A stretch of 64,000 nt of DNA from Deltaproteobacteria bacterium (GTDB taxonomy: Bacteria > Desulfobacterota > GWC2-55-46 > UBA9637 > GWC2-42-11). The translations under genes were made by a program, and so were the position numbers. Under the pieces are notes generated by a model. It was not told where the DNA came from. It ran no database searches and saw nothing but the letters and a program-made list of their open reading frames with translations. Location of the stretch: assembly GCA_016234925.1 (NCBI GenBank), contig JACRNI010000011.1, forward strand, positions 2,666 through 66,665, given 5' to 3'. Positions 27,167 to 36,524 of this stretch are shown one piece after another; position 1 is the stretch's first letter, and each line of letters opens with the position of its first letter.

Positions 27167-28075
27167 TCAATTAAGGATTTGCCCTTTGACAATTCTATAC
27201 CCCTTTATGAATTCAGATGCGCTCATTCTGTTTTTATTCTCCATCTGCAATTCAGTGATAAGCAATGTGCCTCTGCCTGCCGCCACAAAAATTCCCTCGG
27301 TTGATATATTTATTATGGTTCCGGGTTCTTCCTTGACTCCTGCTTCAACCTCTGCCTTGAATATCTTTATCTGCTTGCCTTCCCATCTCGTATATGCGCA
27401 TGGCAACGGATTCAAACCTCGTATAAGATTTTTAATCTCCTCCGCCTTCAGCGTCCAGTCTATGCGGCCGTCTTCCTTTTTTATCATCGGCGCATATGTT
27501 GCGAGAGAATCATCCTGTTCAATCGGGGCAATTGTGCCATTTCTTAGAGCATCCAGAGTCTTTATCAGAAGATTTGCTCCAACCTCTTTTAATTTATCAT
27601 GTAAAGTCCCTGCAGTATCATCATTAGAAATCTTAACGGACTCTTTTAAAAGCATTTTACCCGTGTCCATGCCCTCGTCCATCAACATTGTTGTTATGCC
27701 TGTTTCCTTTTCTCCATTTATTATCGCCCAATTTATCGGCGCGGCCCCGCGGTATTTTGGCAGAAGCGAGGCATGGACATTTATACAGCCGTATTTAGGA
27801 ATTTCAAGCACAGACTTGGGGAGGATTTTACCATATGCAGCGACAACTATCATATCAGGCGCTATTTCTTTTAGTTTTGCGGCAAAATCGCTGTTCAATC
27901 TTTCAGGCTGAAAAACAGGGATATTATGAGCCAATGCCAGAACCCTTACAGGAGGAGGCGTTAAAACCATGCCCCTGCCCTTTGGCTTGTCAGGCTGGGT
28001 TGCAACAGCGCAAACCTCATATGGTGATTCAATCAATAATTTAAGGCTTGGCGCGGCAAAATCAGGGGTGCCCAT
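27167..28075 (-). CDS. fmt: Methionyl-tRNA formyltransferase
   Basis: Conserved KIVFMGTPDFAAPSL start region and formyltransferase fold. The called ORF (to 28210) has an N-terminal extension that is translated MITE sequence, so I trimmed the start to the ATG at 28073-28075. Confidence 0.85.
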   Translation of the reverse strand: MGTPDFAAPSLKLLIESPYEVCAVATQPDKPKGRGMVLTPPPVRVLALAHNIPVFQPERLNSDFAAKLKEIAPDMIVVAAYGKILPKSVLEIPKYGCINVHASLLPKYRGAAPINWAIINGEKETGITTMLMDEGMDTGKMLLKESVKISNDDTAGTLHDKLKEVGANLLIKTLDALRNGTIAPIEQDDSLATYAPMIKKEDGRIDWTLKAEEIKNLIRGLNPLPCAYTRWEGKQIKIFKAEVEAGVKEEPGTIINISTEGIFVAAGRGTLLITELQMENKNRMSASEFIKGYRIVKGQILN

Positions 28076-28086
28076 AAAAACAATTT

Positions 28087-28171
28087 TATACAGAGCGTCA
28101 TAACTTCGCATACCTGCGTTGCTCCTCGCTTCGTCGCGCCTTGGTCTGCTTTGTTCTGACGCTCTGTATGC
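28087..28171 (+). repeat. MITE-like family 2 copy (short form)
   Basis: ATACAGAGCGTCATAACTTCGCATACCTGCGTTGCTCCTCGCTTCGTCGCGCC...TTGTTCTGACGCTCTGTATGC. Confidence 0.7.
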
Positions 28172-28254
28172 GGATTTATTTATGCCGTTGTTTATAAATT
28201 TCTTATCCAATGCAACCCTTTAATTTGTTGATACTGTAAAATACCTTTAACACA

Positions 28255-28449
28255 GTTCACGCTCAAAAATCGCCCAGATGCAAGGCTGTAGAAACATGGC
28301 TCGTAGAAACACGGCTTCAGCCGTGTTAACCTTAATTTTAACAGGTCTAAAGACCTGTTTCTACGCTGGTATGTTGAGCGTAGAAGCCGCAGCGACAACG
28401 CACGGGGCACCCAGCCGAAGGCTGGGTCGGGGTATTTTTCAGCGTGAAC
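28255..28449 (+). repeat. MITE-like family 1 copy with extra internal hairpins
   Basis: GTTCACGCTCAAAAATCGCCCAGATGCAAGG ... GGTATGTTGAGCGTAGAAGCCGCAGCGACAAC ... GGTATTTTTCAGCGTGAAC. Confidence 0.7.
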
Positions 28450-28453
28450 CAAT

Positions 28454-28990
28454 CTATAACCTTTTTCTTTCTTCCTCTATTGCCTTTAATATCTTCTTTT
28501 TTATAAATTCCCTCTTTAATCTGCCAAGCCTGTCTATGAACAGCATACCGTTCAAATGATCAATCTCATGCTGCAAGGCGATTGCAAAAAGACCTTCTGC
28601 ATATATCTCGATGCCCTTGCCATTCTTGTCAAGCCCTCTGACCTTAACGCTGGCAAACCTTTTTACATCTGCGTTAAAACCAGGGACGCTCAAACATCCT
28701 TCCTCGTATTTTATTTTGCCGTCCTGCTCAATAATCTCAGGGTTTATAATTGCAATCAGGTTTTCGCCCTTTTTATAATCTTTTTTTTCATCCTCATCAG
28801 GCACATCAAGGACAACAACCCTTTTGTCAACACCAACCTGATTTGCGGCAAGACCAATGCCCCTTGCAAAATACATGGTCTCTGTCATATCATCTATAAG
28901 TTTTTCTATGTCAGCGCCGATAATCTCTACATGCTGAGTCTTCTTTTTTAAAAACGGGTCAGGATATTTTAATATCTCAAATATTGCCAT
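28454..28990 (-). CDS. def: Peptide deformylase
   Basis: 178 aa; GIGLAANQVG, EGCLSVPG, HEIDHLNG motifs. Confidence 0.9.
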   Translation of the reverse strand: MAIFEILKYPDPFLKKKTQHVEIIGADIEKLIDDMTETMYFARGIGLAANQVGVDKRVVVLDVPDEDEKKDYKKGENLIAIINPEIIEQDGKIKYEEGCLSVPGFNADVKRFASVKVRGLDKNGKGIEIYAEGLFAIALQHEIDHLNGMLFIDRLGRLKREFIKKKILKAIEEERKRL

Positions 28991-29003
28991 ACTATTTAGT
29001 TTA

Positions 29004-31295
29004 TCAAACCGTGGTTACAGGGTCAACATCAACAATAAGTTCAATGCCTGATATTTTATTCTGCTTAAATTCAGCGATGATGCCTTGTGCAAATGTATGG
29101 AGTGTCTTTACATTCTTTCCCTTAACAAGCATATGCCATCTGTATTTGCCTTTTAACAAGGAAAGGAATGCAGATACAGGTCCAAGCAAGATTATATCCT
29201 TAAATCCTTTTATATGTTTGTCCGCTATTCTCTTTAAAACATTTGCCCCGTCTATAACCTTTTTTTCTTTATTGCCTTCTATGCGGAGGTTTATGAGCCT
29301 GCAAAACGGGGGGTAAAAAACCTCTTTCCTTATCTCAATCTCTTGTTTAAAAAAACCTATATAGTCATGTCTCAAGATGCCTTTAAAACAGTAATGTTCG
29401 GGGTTAAATGTCTGAACAACCACATTTCCAGCCGCATCTCCTCTTCCCGCCCTTCCAGCAGCCTGCGTTATAATCTGAAATGTCCTTTCAGCGCTTCTAA
29501 AATCAGGGATATTCATTAAGGCATCAGAAGAAACTATGCCCATAACGCTTACATTTGGAAAGTGATGCCCTTTCGCAACCATCTGCGTGCCGACAAGCAT
29601 ATCTGCCTCGCCGCTTTCCACTGCGCTTAATATCCTTTCATGCGCTCTTTTTTTGCGGGTCGTATCCCTATCCATCCTTGCGATTCGTATCTTTGGGAAC
29701 AGCCTTCTTGCCTCTTCTTCAACCTTTTCTGTTCCAATGCCAATATCTTTCACATTATATCCATTGCACTTTGGGCATAAATCTGGAACAGGCATTGACA
29801 TATCGCAGTAATGGCACTTTAATATATTTTTTGCCTTGTGAAACGTCATTGACACGCTGCAGTTAAGACACTTGAAAACATGACCGCAGTCTTTGCAGAT
29901 TAGAAAATTTGAAAATCCCCTCCTGTTCAAAAAAAGTATTGCCTGCTGTTTTTTATCAAGGGCATTGTCCAAAAGATGTTTGAGTTTTTCTGAAATAATT
30001 TCACCATGCTTTTGACCCCTGCTTACTGCCTGCAGGGGCAGGCTTTTGACTTTTGACCCCTGATTACTACCTTCAGGGGCATGCTTTTGACTTTCATTTC
30101 TCATATCCACAATCTCTACATCCGGCATCGGCCTCTCTTCAATCCTTTTATCCAGACTGATTAACCTTATCTTGCCCTGCTGCGCATTATAAAATGTCTC
30201 AATGGAAGGTGTTGCAGAACCAAGCACAACAACCGCATTAAGCATCTTTGCAAGCATAATGCCCGCATCCCTTGCATTATATCTAACACCATCCTCTTGT
30301 TTGTAAGATGTTTCATGCTCTTCATCAACTATGATGATTCCAATGTCTTTTAAAGGCGCAAAAAGCGCAGACCTTGCGCCGACAACAATGTCAATGCTGC
30401 CGTCCCTTATCTTTTTCCACTGGTCATATCTCTCGCCGTCTGAAAGTCCGCTGTGCATAACAGCGACCCTTTCTAAAAATCTTGATGCTAGATGCTGGAT
30501 AAGCCAATATGTCAGTGAAATCTCTGGAACAAGGACTATTGCCTTTTTGCCCATATTGAGACATTCTTCTATTGCCTTTAAATAAACAAGGGTCTTGCCG
30601 CTGCCTGTAACACCGTGCAGGAGGAATGGAGAAAATTTTCCGCTTTGTATTGCCTCTGTTATAAGAGAAATAGCAGATGCCTGCTCTTTGTTTGGCTTAT
30701 GAAAGACCGGGGCTGAAGGTTTTTGAAGGGCTACTGGGTTTCTCTCAACATCTTTTTCAAATACTTTGATAATGCCTTTGTCTTTGAGTTTTTTGATGGC
30801 AGAATCAATATTGCCAAGTTCCTTTCTTAAAACGGATAAAGAGACATCGGTTTTATCTGATAAAAATAAAACAATCTTTGCCTGAACAGGCGCGGTCTTT
30901 TTCAATTGGCTGGCAATGTCTTCTGAAATATTCTGCGCAAGACAGGCAAACCTTTCTTTTTTATTTTTCATATTTAATCTAGGCGGATGCGTGAGTTTTA
31001 AAATCTCTCCAAGCGGGGAAAAATAATACGACGCCATCCATCGGTAAAACTTGAGCCTTTCCTCGTCAAATATCGGCTCATCATCAAAGACATCTATTAC
31101 TTCTTTGACACCTTTCAAATCTGTCTTTTCCTGAAATTCCACTGCATATGCAGTAATAACCCTTTTGCCAAACGGCACAAGGAGCATTTTGCCTGTACTT
31201 ACACGGCTTAATAAAGATTCTGGAATTTTGTATGTAAATTCTTTATCTATCGGGATTGGGATGGCAACCTTAATGAATGGATGATTTGCAGGCAT
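29004..31295 (-). CDS. priA: Primosomal protein N' (PriA helicase)
   Basis: 763 aa; Walker A LLHGVTGSGKT, DEEH box IIIVDEEHE, Zn-binding cysteine cluster. In-frame repeat insertion at 30013-30100. Confidence 0.9.
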   Translation of the reverse strand: MPANHPFIKVAIPIPIDKEFTYKIPESLLSRVSTGKMLLVPFGKRVITAYAVEFQEKTDLKGVKEVIDVFDDEPIFDEERLKFYRWMASYYFSPLGEILKLTHPPRLNMKNKKERFACLAQNISEDIASQLKKTAPVQAKIVLFLSDKTDVSLSVLRKELGNIDSAIKKLKDKGIIKVFEKDVERNPVALQKPSAPVFHKPNKEQASAISLITEAIQSGKFSPFLLHGVTGSGKTLVYLKAIEECLNMGKKAIVLVPEISLTYWLIQHLASRFLERVAVMHSGLSDGERYDQWKKIRDGSIDIVVGARSALFAPLKDIGIIIVDEEHETSYKQEDGVRYNARDAGIMLAKMLNAVVVLGSATPSIETFYNAQQGKIRLISLDKRIEERPMPDVEIVDMRNESQKHAPEGSNQGSKVKSLPLQAVSRGQKHGEIISEKLKHLLDNALDKKQQAILFLNRRGFSNFLICKDCGHVFKCLNCSVSMTFHKAKNILKCHYCDMSMPVPDLCPKCNGYNVKDIGIGTEKVEEEARRLFPKIRIARMDRDTTRKKRAHERILSAVESGEADMLVGTQMVAKGHHFPNVSVMGIVSSDALMNIPDFRSAERTFQIITQAAGRAGRGDAAGNVVVQTFNPEHYCFKGILRHDYIGFFKQEIEIRKEVFYPPFCRLINLRIEGNKEKKVIDGANVLKRIADKHIKGFKDIILLGPVSAFLSLLKGKYRWHMLVKGKNVKTLHTFAQGIIAEFKQNKISGIELIVDVDPVTTV

Positions 31296-31299
31296 AAAA

Positions 31300-31701
31300 C
31301 TAAATCTCTACATCAAGCAGATGCCTCTGGCTTGACAGATACTCTTCCAGCATCTTTTTGCTATATTCCGGATAATCAATAAACTCAATACCCATTCCGC
31401 GAGGGTGTTTGTTATTTTGTTTATTTACCCATACTACCCTTCCCGTCAATTCAACCAATACCTTGTTATGCGGTATATTAAACTGCATTTTAATATGCTC
31501 TCCAATCTGCATTGGTTTGTCCGTCATTATAAAAACTCCATTACTGCTTATATTAAGAATATAATCACAGTAATCAAATGAGTTGCCTGAATATTTTACA
31601 GAGATACAGACAGGAAATCTTATATGCTGCCGCCGCTGCTCCTCATCACCTTTATACTCTGATATTTCTCTTTTATGGGCAATAATCTTATCGTCGTCCA
31701 T
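31300..31701 (-). CDS. PilZ domain protein (c-di-GMP receptor-like)
   Basis: 133 aa; RRQHIR...DxSxxG-type motifs (QRRQHIRFP, NISSNGVFI). Confidence 0.65.
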   Translation of the reverse strand: MDDDKIIAHKREISEYKGDEEQRRQHIRFPVCISVKYSGNSFDYCDYILNISSNGVFIMTDKPMQIGEHIKMQFNIPHNKVLVELTGRVVWVNKQNNKHPRGMGIEFIDYPEYSKKMLEEYLSSQRHLLDVEI

Positions 31702-31779
31702 ATAGTTTATAAGGATACCACAACTTGCCTGTTTTGCAAGGGATTGACTAAAAAATGCAGGTCAGAGATAATAATGGAG

Positions 31780-32451
31780 TTAGTTTCTTGAAAGGTATAT
31801 ATCGCCAAAAAAGGCCTCGGCGGCGCTCTTTGTATCATCTGAATCTATCATCACAGATACCTTGCCCATCTTTGAAGGCTCTTCATTAAAAAGCATCTTA
31901 TAATCAGCATACACATTCCTTTTTTCTGTGAACCACTTGCCTAGTTCATTCTTTCCGCTTCTTAAAACAACATATTTAGTATTTGATAATTTTGTGCTCG
32001 TAACTATGCTGTCCTTCGGCGTATTTGTATCCCAGATATATCCAATCACCCTAGAGTTTATCTGCGACGGAAACCTTGGGAATATGACATAAATCTGGGC
32101 GGCTTGGTCGTCTGCCGCCTTTTTTCTTACATCCCCGCCTTCAGGGAGTTTTGTCACCTTCCACTGCCAGTTGAGGTAAGGCGCTTCTTTTATATCCATT
32201 GCTATATTCTTGTAAAGCGCTGTTGATGTTCCATTGCTCTTTAAGCACAAAACATATCCTGCATCTCCACTTATAACCTTAACATCTGCCTTGCCTTTCC
32301 ATTCTTTTACCTGCCAGTCTAATGGGCAAACATCTGTCTCCTGATTAAATCTCGCAATACGGATTATATCTTCCTGCGCAGTTATCTTGTCAACAAGAAT
32401 GAACATGAAAAGAACAAACACTGATGCGTATGCCGTCAATTTGATATTCAT
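31780..32451 (-). CDS. Secreted protein of unknown function (DUF3047-like)
   Basis: 223 aa; N-terminal signal peptide, no catalytic motifs recognised. Confidence 0.35.
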   Translation of the reverse strand: MNIKLTAYASVFVLFMFILVDKITAQEDIIRIARFNQETDVCPLDWQVKEWKGKADVKVISGDAGYVLCLKSNGTSTALYKNIAMDIKEAPYLNWQWKVTKLPEGGDVRKKAADDQAAQIYVIFPRFPSQINSRVIGYIWDTNTPKDSIVTSTKLSNTKYVVLRSGKNELGKWFTEKRNVYADYKMLFNEEPSKMGKVSVMIDSDDTKSAAEAFFGDIYLSRN

Positions 32452-32622
32452 ATCAAATATTATACCTTTTTCAATACTAGATTACAACTAAATTTTCAAG
32501 TTTTTTTAGCCCTTATTGTCTATAACAGTTTCCTGATTATCATGCCAGACATGAAAACCATCAAATACATAATTATCTAATTTTTGCTTCCTCTTACTTA
32601 ATATGGTAAACAATAATTACCC

Positions 32623-34266
32623 ATGAAACCTTATATTATTTTAATACTGCTAGTTGCAATTGCATATGCAAATTCTCTCCAGAATTCATTTGTATGGGAT
32701 GATACCGACATTATTGTAAATAATCCAAAGATTAATCTTTCAATAAAAGAAATACCGTCTGTATTTACAACATCTCTATGGGGAATGGCAGGTTTTAGCG
32801 AACGGCAGGACTATTATAGACCAGTCATATTCTTACTTTATGTCTTAAACTACAAAATCTGGGGGTTAAATCCATTTGGCTTTCATCTTATCCATATCTT
32901 AATTCATCTAATCAATGCAGTGATTCTTTACAGGATCGGTTTAATCCTCTTTAATGATAACCTTATATCACTCATTGGAGCATCCGTATTTGCAGTTCAC
33001 CCTGTTAATAATGAGCCAGTAGAGTGGGTTTCAACAGGTGATGTTGTATTCGGCTTTTTCATAATCCTTTCCATTTATTTCTTTTTAAAAGAAAAAAGAT
33101 ACCTTTCATGGATTACATTCTTTCTAGCGCTTCTTTCAAAAGAAGGAGCAATAATGCTGCCATTTGCATTGATAATTTTTTCAATATGCAGAAATGGATT
33201 TAAAAAAGGGGTGATTGCAATAACACCCTATCTGGCGCTTTCAGGCATATATCTTTTTATCAGGATGAATGTTGTAGATATTGTTTTAGTTTTAGGCGCA
33301 GATATAAAACAGCCTATATTCATACAAGTCATTACAATGGCAGTTGCAGCATTTGATTATATAAAACTCCTTATAATTCCATATCCTTTAAGCCCGTTTT
33401 ATCCTGCGAAATGGCATACATCTGTATTTGAGCCAAAGGTTATACTTGCAATAATAGTTCTAATATCAATCTCATTCCTTGCCTTTAAGATTAGAAAAGA
33501 CAGGGTAATGCTTTTTTTACTTATATCCCCATTTATTATGCTTGCGCCTGTTATATGGATGGTCAATATGTTTATGGCTGGAGAGGATAATGTATACATT
33601 GCTGAGAGGTATTTATATGTGCCGGCAATGTTTTTTTCTATATTTGCGCCTGCTCTTCTTGTAAAGATTTTTAATGATAGGGCAAGAAGGTATCTTAATA
33701 TCGGATGGATATTGATTATAATTATATTCACATATACTACGGCATCTTCAAGCGCAGCATGGAAAAACGATATTACACTTTTCAAAAAAATTATAGAGAA
33801 ATCACCAGAAGCCGCTTTTGCCCATAATAATCTTGGGAATGTCTATGCTGATGAAGGCAGGCTTGATGAGGCGATAAAGGAATATTTGACAGCGTTAAAA
33901 ATTAAACCTTACTATGCAAGTGTCCATAATAACCTAGGAACCGCATATTATGAAAAAGGTAATGTTGATATGGCTATAAAGGAATACATGATGGCATTGA
34001 AAATCAAACCTGACTATGCAGACGCCCATAACAACCTTGGCGCTGCATATTATGAACAAGGCAAGATTGATGAGGCTATAAAAGAATATCTTGCTTCGTT
34101 AAAAGTTAGTTCTGATTTTGCGCCTGCCCATTATAACCTTGGCCGCACTTATTGGAAAAAAGGATTAAAGCAAGATGCCAGAAAAGAATTTGAAATGGTT
34201 TTAAAATTAAAGCCTGATTTTGCCCCAGCCAAAAAAGCCCTTGAATCGCTTGATAAAGACAAATAA
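32623..34266 (+). CDS. Polytopic membrane protein with C-terminal TPR repeats (TMTC/PMT-like glycosyltransferase-39-type architecture)
   Basis: 547 aa; about 11 TM helices then four TPR units (AHNNLGNVYADEGRLDEAIKEYLTALKIKPYYA ...). Confidence 0.65.
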   Translation: MKPYIILILLVAIAYANSLQNSFVWDDTDIIVNNPKINLSIKEIPSVFTTSLWGMAGFSERQDYYRPVIFLLYVLNYKIWGLNPFGFHLIHILIHLINAVILYRIGLILFNDNLISLIGASVFAVHPVNNEPVEWVSTGDVVFGFFIILSIYFFLKEKRYLSWITFFLALLSKEGAIMLPFALIIFSICRNGFKKGVIAITPYLALSGIYLFIRMNVVDIVLVLGADIKQPIFIQVITMAVAAFDYIKLLIIPYPLSPFYPAKWHTSVFEPKVILAIIVLISISFLAFKIRKDRVMLFLLISPFIMLAPVIWMVNMFMAGEDNVYIAERYLYVPAMFFSIFAPALLVKIFNDRARRYLNIGWILIIIIFTYTTASSSAAWKNDITLFKKIIEKSPEAAFAHNNLGNVYADEGRLDEAIKEYLTALKIKPYYASVHNNLGTAYYEKGNVDMAIKEYMMALKIKPDYADAHNNLGAAYYEQGKIDEAIKEYLASLKVSSDFAPAHYNLGRTYWKKGLKQDARKEFEMVLKLKPDFAPAKKALESLDKDK

Positions 34267-34300
34267 CCCGAAAAATGTATTTGGTTTTTATTTTTCGGGG
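34267..34300. terminator. Hairpin terminator downstream of the TPR membrane protein
   Basis: CCCGAAAAATGTATTTGGTTTTTATTTTTCGGGG; stem CCCGAAAAAT / ATTTTTCGGG. Confidence 0.45.
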
Positions 34301-34464
34301 CAAACGCAAGATTTGAGCCAAAGACAAGGAAAAGATGGTTGGACAAAACAGACGCATACCCCTTAATGTATGTGAGTCTTTGGACAGACAGATTTGACGC
34401 AGTATTTGGACAAAGATTGCGTTTGCCAAAAAATGCAACTGCATTTTTTTGGGATAAAAGATGC

Positions 34465-35805
34465 TCAAATCTTCTTCAATATCTCCCTTGCAGCAACAAT
34501 GCCTGATGCCGCTGCCTGAATAATCCCCCGTGTTATGCCCGCGCCGTCGCCTGCTGCAAACAGATTCTTTAATTCTGTCTCAAGACAATTTGTTAGTTTA
34601 AGACGCATTGAATAAAATTTTACCTCAATGCCGTATAAAAGCGTTGATTCCGAATTTATGCCGGGGGCAATTCTATCAAGCGCCTCAAGCATCTCCAGTA
34701 TGTCAACTATATAACGATAAGGCAGGGCAAAGGAAAGGTCGCCCGGCGCGGCATGTTTCAATGTCGGCTGAACAAGCCCGTTTTTAATCCGTTCAAATGT
34801 TGACCTCCTTCCCTGAAGCAAGTCGCCAAGCCTCTGGACAATAATCCCCTCGCCCAGCAGATTTGCCAGTTTTGCAATATACTGTCCATATGCAATCGGC
34901 TCATGGAAAGGCTCTGTAAATGTTGTTGAGACAAGGATTGCAAAGTTTGTATTCTCTGTTTTTTTAACAGAAAAACTGTGTCCATTGACTGTGCAGAAAT
35001 CCTTGTGCTGCTCCTTCACAACAACGCCGTATGGATTCATGCAGAATGTCCTTACATGGTCATTAAATCTTTTTGAATAAAATGTGAGTTTAGCCTCATG
35101 CACAATATCTGTGACAGACTTTAAAACTTCAGCAGGAACTTCAACCCTGACACCTATATCAACAGGATTATTTTCCGTTGACAACCCAAGTCTTTTAGCC
35201 TCTTCATTCAGCCAGTAAGAGCCGCTCCTGCCGGGCGCAAGGATTACATACTTCGCATAAAAATCATCCCCGTCTTTTGTCCTGATTCCAGCAGCCTTTT
35301 CATTATCTTTTAATATTTCTAAAACATCGGTATCAAATAAAAGGTCAATACTTTTATCCAGATCCTTCCTGATATTTTCCAGCACTTTAAAACATCTGTC
35401 TGTGCCGAGATGTCTGATTCTAAATGGTATGAGTTTTAAGCCGTTTTTTCCTGCAATACCCTCAAGCCTTTTTACCTCTCCTTCATTTGTGCCGTGCAGT
35501 TCTTTTGGCGCGCCGTATCTTAAAAATATTTCATCAACATACTGGATTAGTCTATCCAGTTCAGCGCCGTCTATGAAATCATTCAGAAAACCGCCGACAT
35601 CTGAAGACAGATTAAGTTTGCCGTCGCTGAATGTACCAGCCCCGCCCCATCCGCAAAAGACCTGTGAAGGTTCTCTGTCAGGCAAATCCCTGCCTTTTTC
35701 AATCAAAAGGATTTTTAGATTTTTCCCTGAAGATAGAAATTCAATCGCAGCGAATATCCCTGCAGGACCAGCGCCGACAATTATGATGTCATAGGTGTTT
35801 GGCAT
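34465..35805 (-). CDS. FAD-dependent oxidoreductase (COG2509-like)
   Basis: 446 aa; N-terminal dinucleotide fingerprint DIIIVGAGPAGIFAA and C-terminal FAD motif GDGAGITRG. Confidence 0.6.
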   Translation of the reverse strand: MPNTYDIIIVGAGPAGIFAAIEFLSSGKNLKILLIEKGRDLPDREPSQVFCGWGGAGTFSDGKLNLSSDVGGFLNDFIDGAELDRLIQYVDEIFLRYGAPKELHGTNEGEVKRLEGIAGKNGLKLIPFRIRHLGTDRCFKVLENIRKDLDKSIDLLFDTDVLEILKDNEKAAGIRTKDGDDFYAKYVILAPGRSGSYWLNEEAKRLGLSTENNPVDIGVRVEVPAEVLKSVTDIVHEAKLTFYSKRFNDHVRTFCMNPYGVVVKEQHKDFCTVNGHSFSVKKTENTNFAILVSTTFTEPFHEPIAYGQYIAKLANLLGEGIIVQRLGDLLQGRRSTFERIKNGLVQPTLKHAAPGDLSFALPYRYIVDILEMLEALDRIAPGINSESTLLYGIEVKFYSMRLKLTNCLETELKNLFAAGDGAGITRGIIQAAASGIVAAREILKKI

Positions 35806-35948
35806 TTGGGGAGTGAAATTGTAGTTGCCTAAACCTGACCTGTCGTCAGGACAGGTTTATTGGCACAGCAAAAGCCGCCGATAAATCGGCAGGCTACAAA
35901 TAAAACGCAACCATAAAGGTTGCGGCTGCCATTTACTCATAATTTGGG

Positions 35949-36380
35949 TTAATTTCTCTTTGCAGTTTCTTTTGAAATTTTATCCAGTATCCCATTTATA
36001 AATGCGCCTGAATCCTTTGCGCCGAATTTTTTGCCTAGTTCAACTGCCTCGTCTATGGCAACCTTGTGCGGAATATCCTCGCAGTAAAGCATTTCAAAGA
36101 TGGACAATCTCAAGATATTCCTATCCACCAATGCCATGCGCTTTAAAGACCAATTTTCTGATGACGCCTCAATAAGCGAATCTATTTTATCCTTGTATTC
36201 GCAGACACCCTTGACAAGTTTATGCGCATAATCCTTTACATCCTTTGATAAAGAGGCAGATAGATGCGCTGCAACAGCATCCTCTATATCATCATCCCTT
36301 ACATCAAGTTGGTAAAGAACCTGCAAAGATATTTCTCTTGCGCTTGTTCTGCTGCCCATAAAATTAAACTCAAGATCCAA
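35949..36380 (-). CDS. nusB: Transcription antitermination factor NusB
   Basis: 143 aa; AREISLQVLYQLD signature. Confidence 0.85.
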   Translation of the reverse strand: MDLEFNFMGSRTSAREISLQVLYQLDVRDDDIEDAVAAHLSASLSKDVKDYAHKLVKGVCEYKDKIDSLIEASSENWSLKRMALVDRNILRLSIFEMLYCEDIPHKVAIDEAVELGKKFGAKDSGAFINGILDKISKETAKRN

Positions 36381-36400
36381 AACTAATATATTTATAATAG

Positions 36401-36524
36401 ATTCACGCTCAAAAATTGCACAGATGCAAGGCGGAGCAAGGCTTCAAGCGAGGCATACTTTGTAGTATGTTGAGCGTAGAAGCCGCAGCGACAACGCAGC
36501 AGATGGGTATTTTTCAGCGTGAAT
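36401..36524 (+). repeat. MITE-like family 1 copy (minimal form)
   Basis: ATTCACGCTCAAAAATTGCACAGATGCAAGGCGGAGCAAGGCTTCAAGCGAGGCATACTTTGTAGTATGTTGAGCGTAGAAGCCGCAGCGACAACGCAGCAGATGGGTATTTTTCAGCGTGAAT; ends at ribH stop codon. Confidence 0.7.

Noticed and set aside
28076-28210. N-terminal 45-codon extension of fmt in the ORF track (and the analogous extension of the receiver protein at 55577-55666)
   Set aside because: The sequence is a MITE family 2 copy, identical upstream of two unrelated genes. The conserved Fmt start KIVFMGTPDF lies downstream, so I treated the extension as non-coding.
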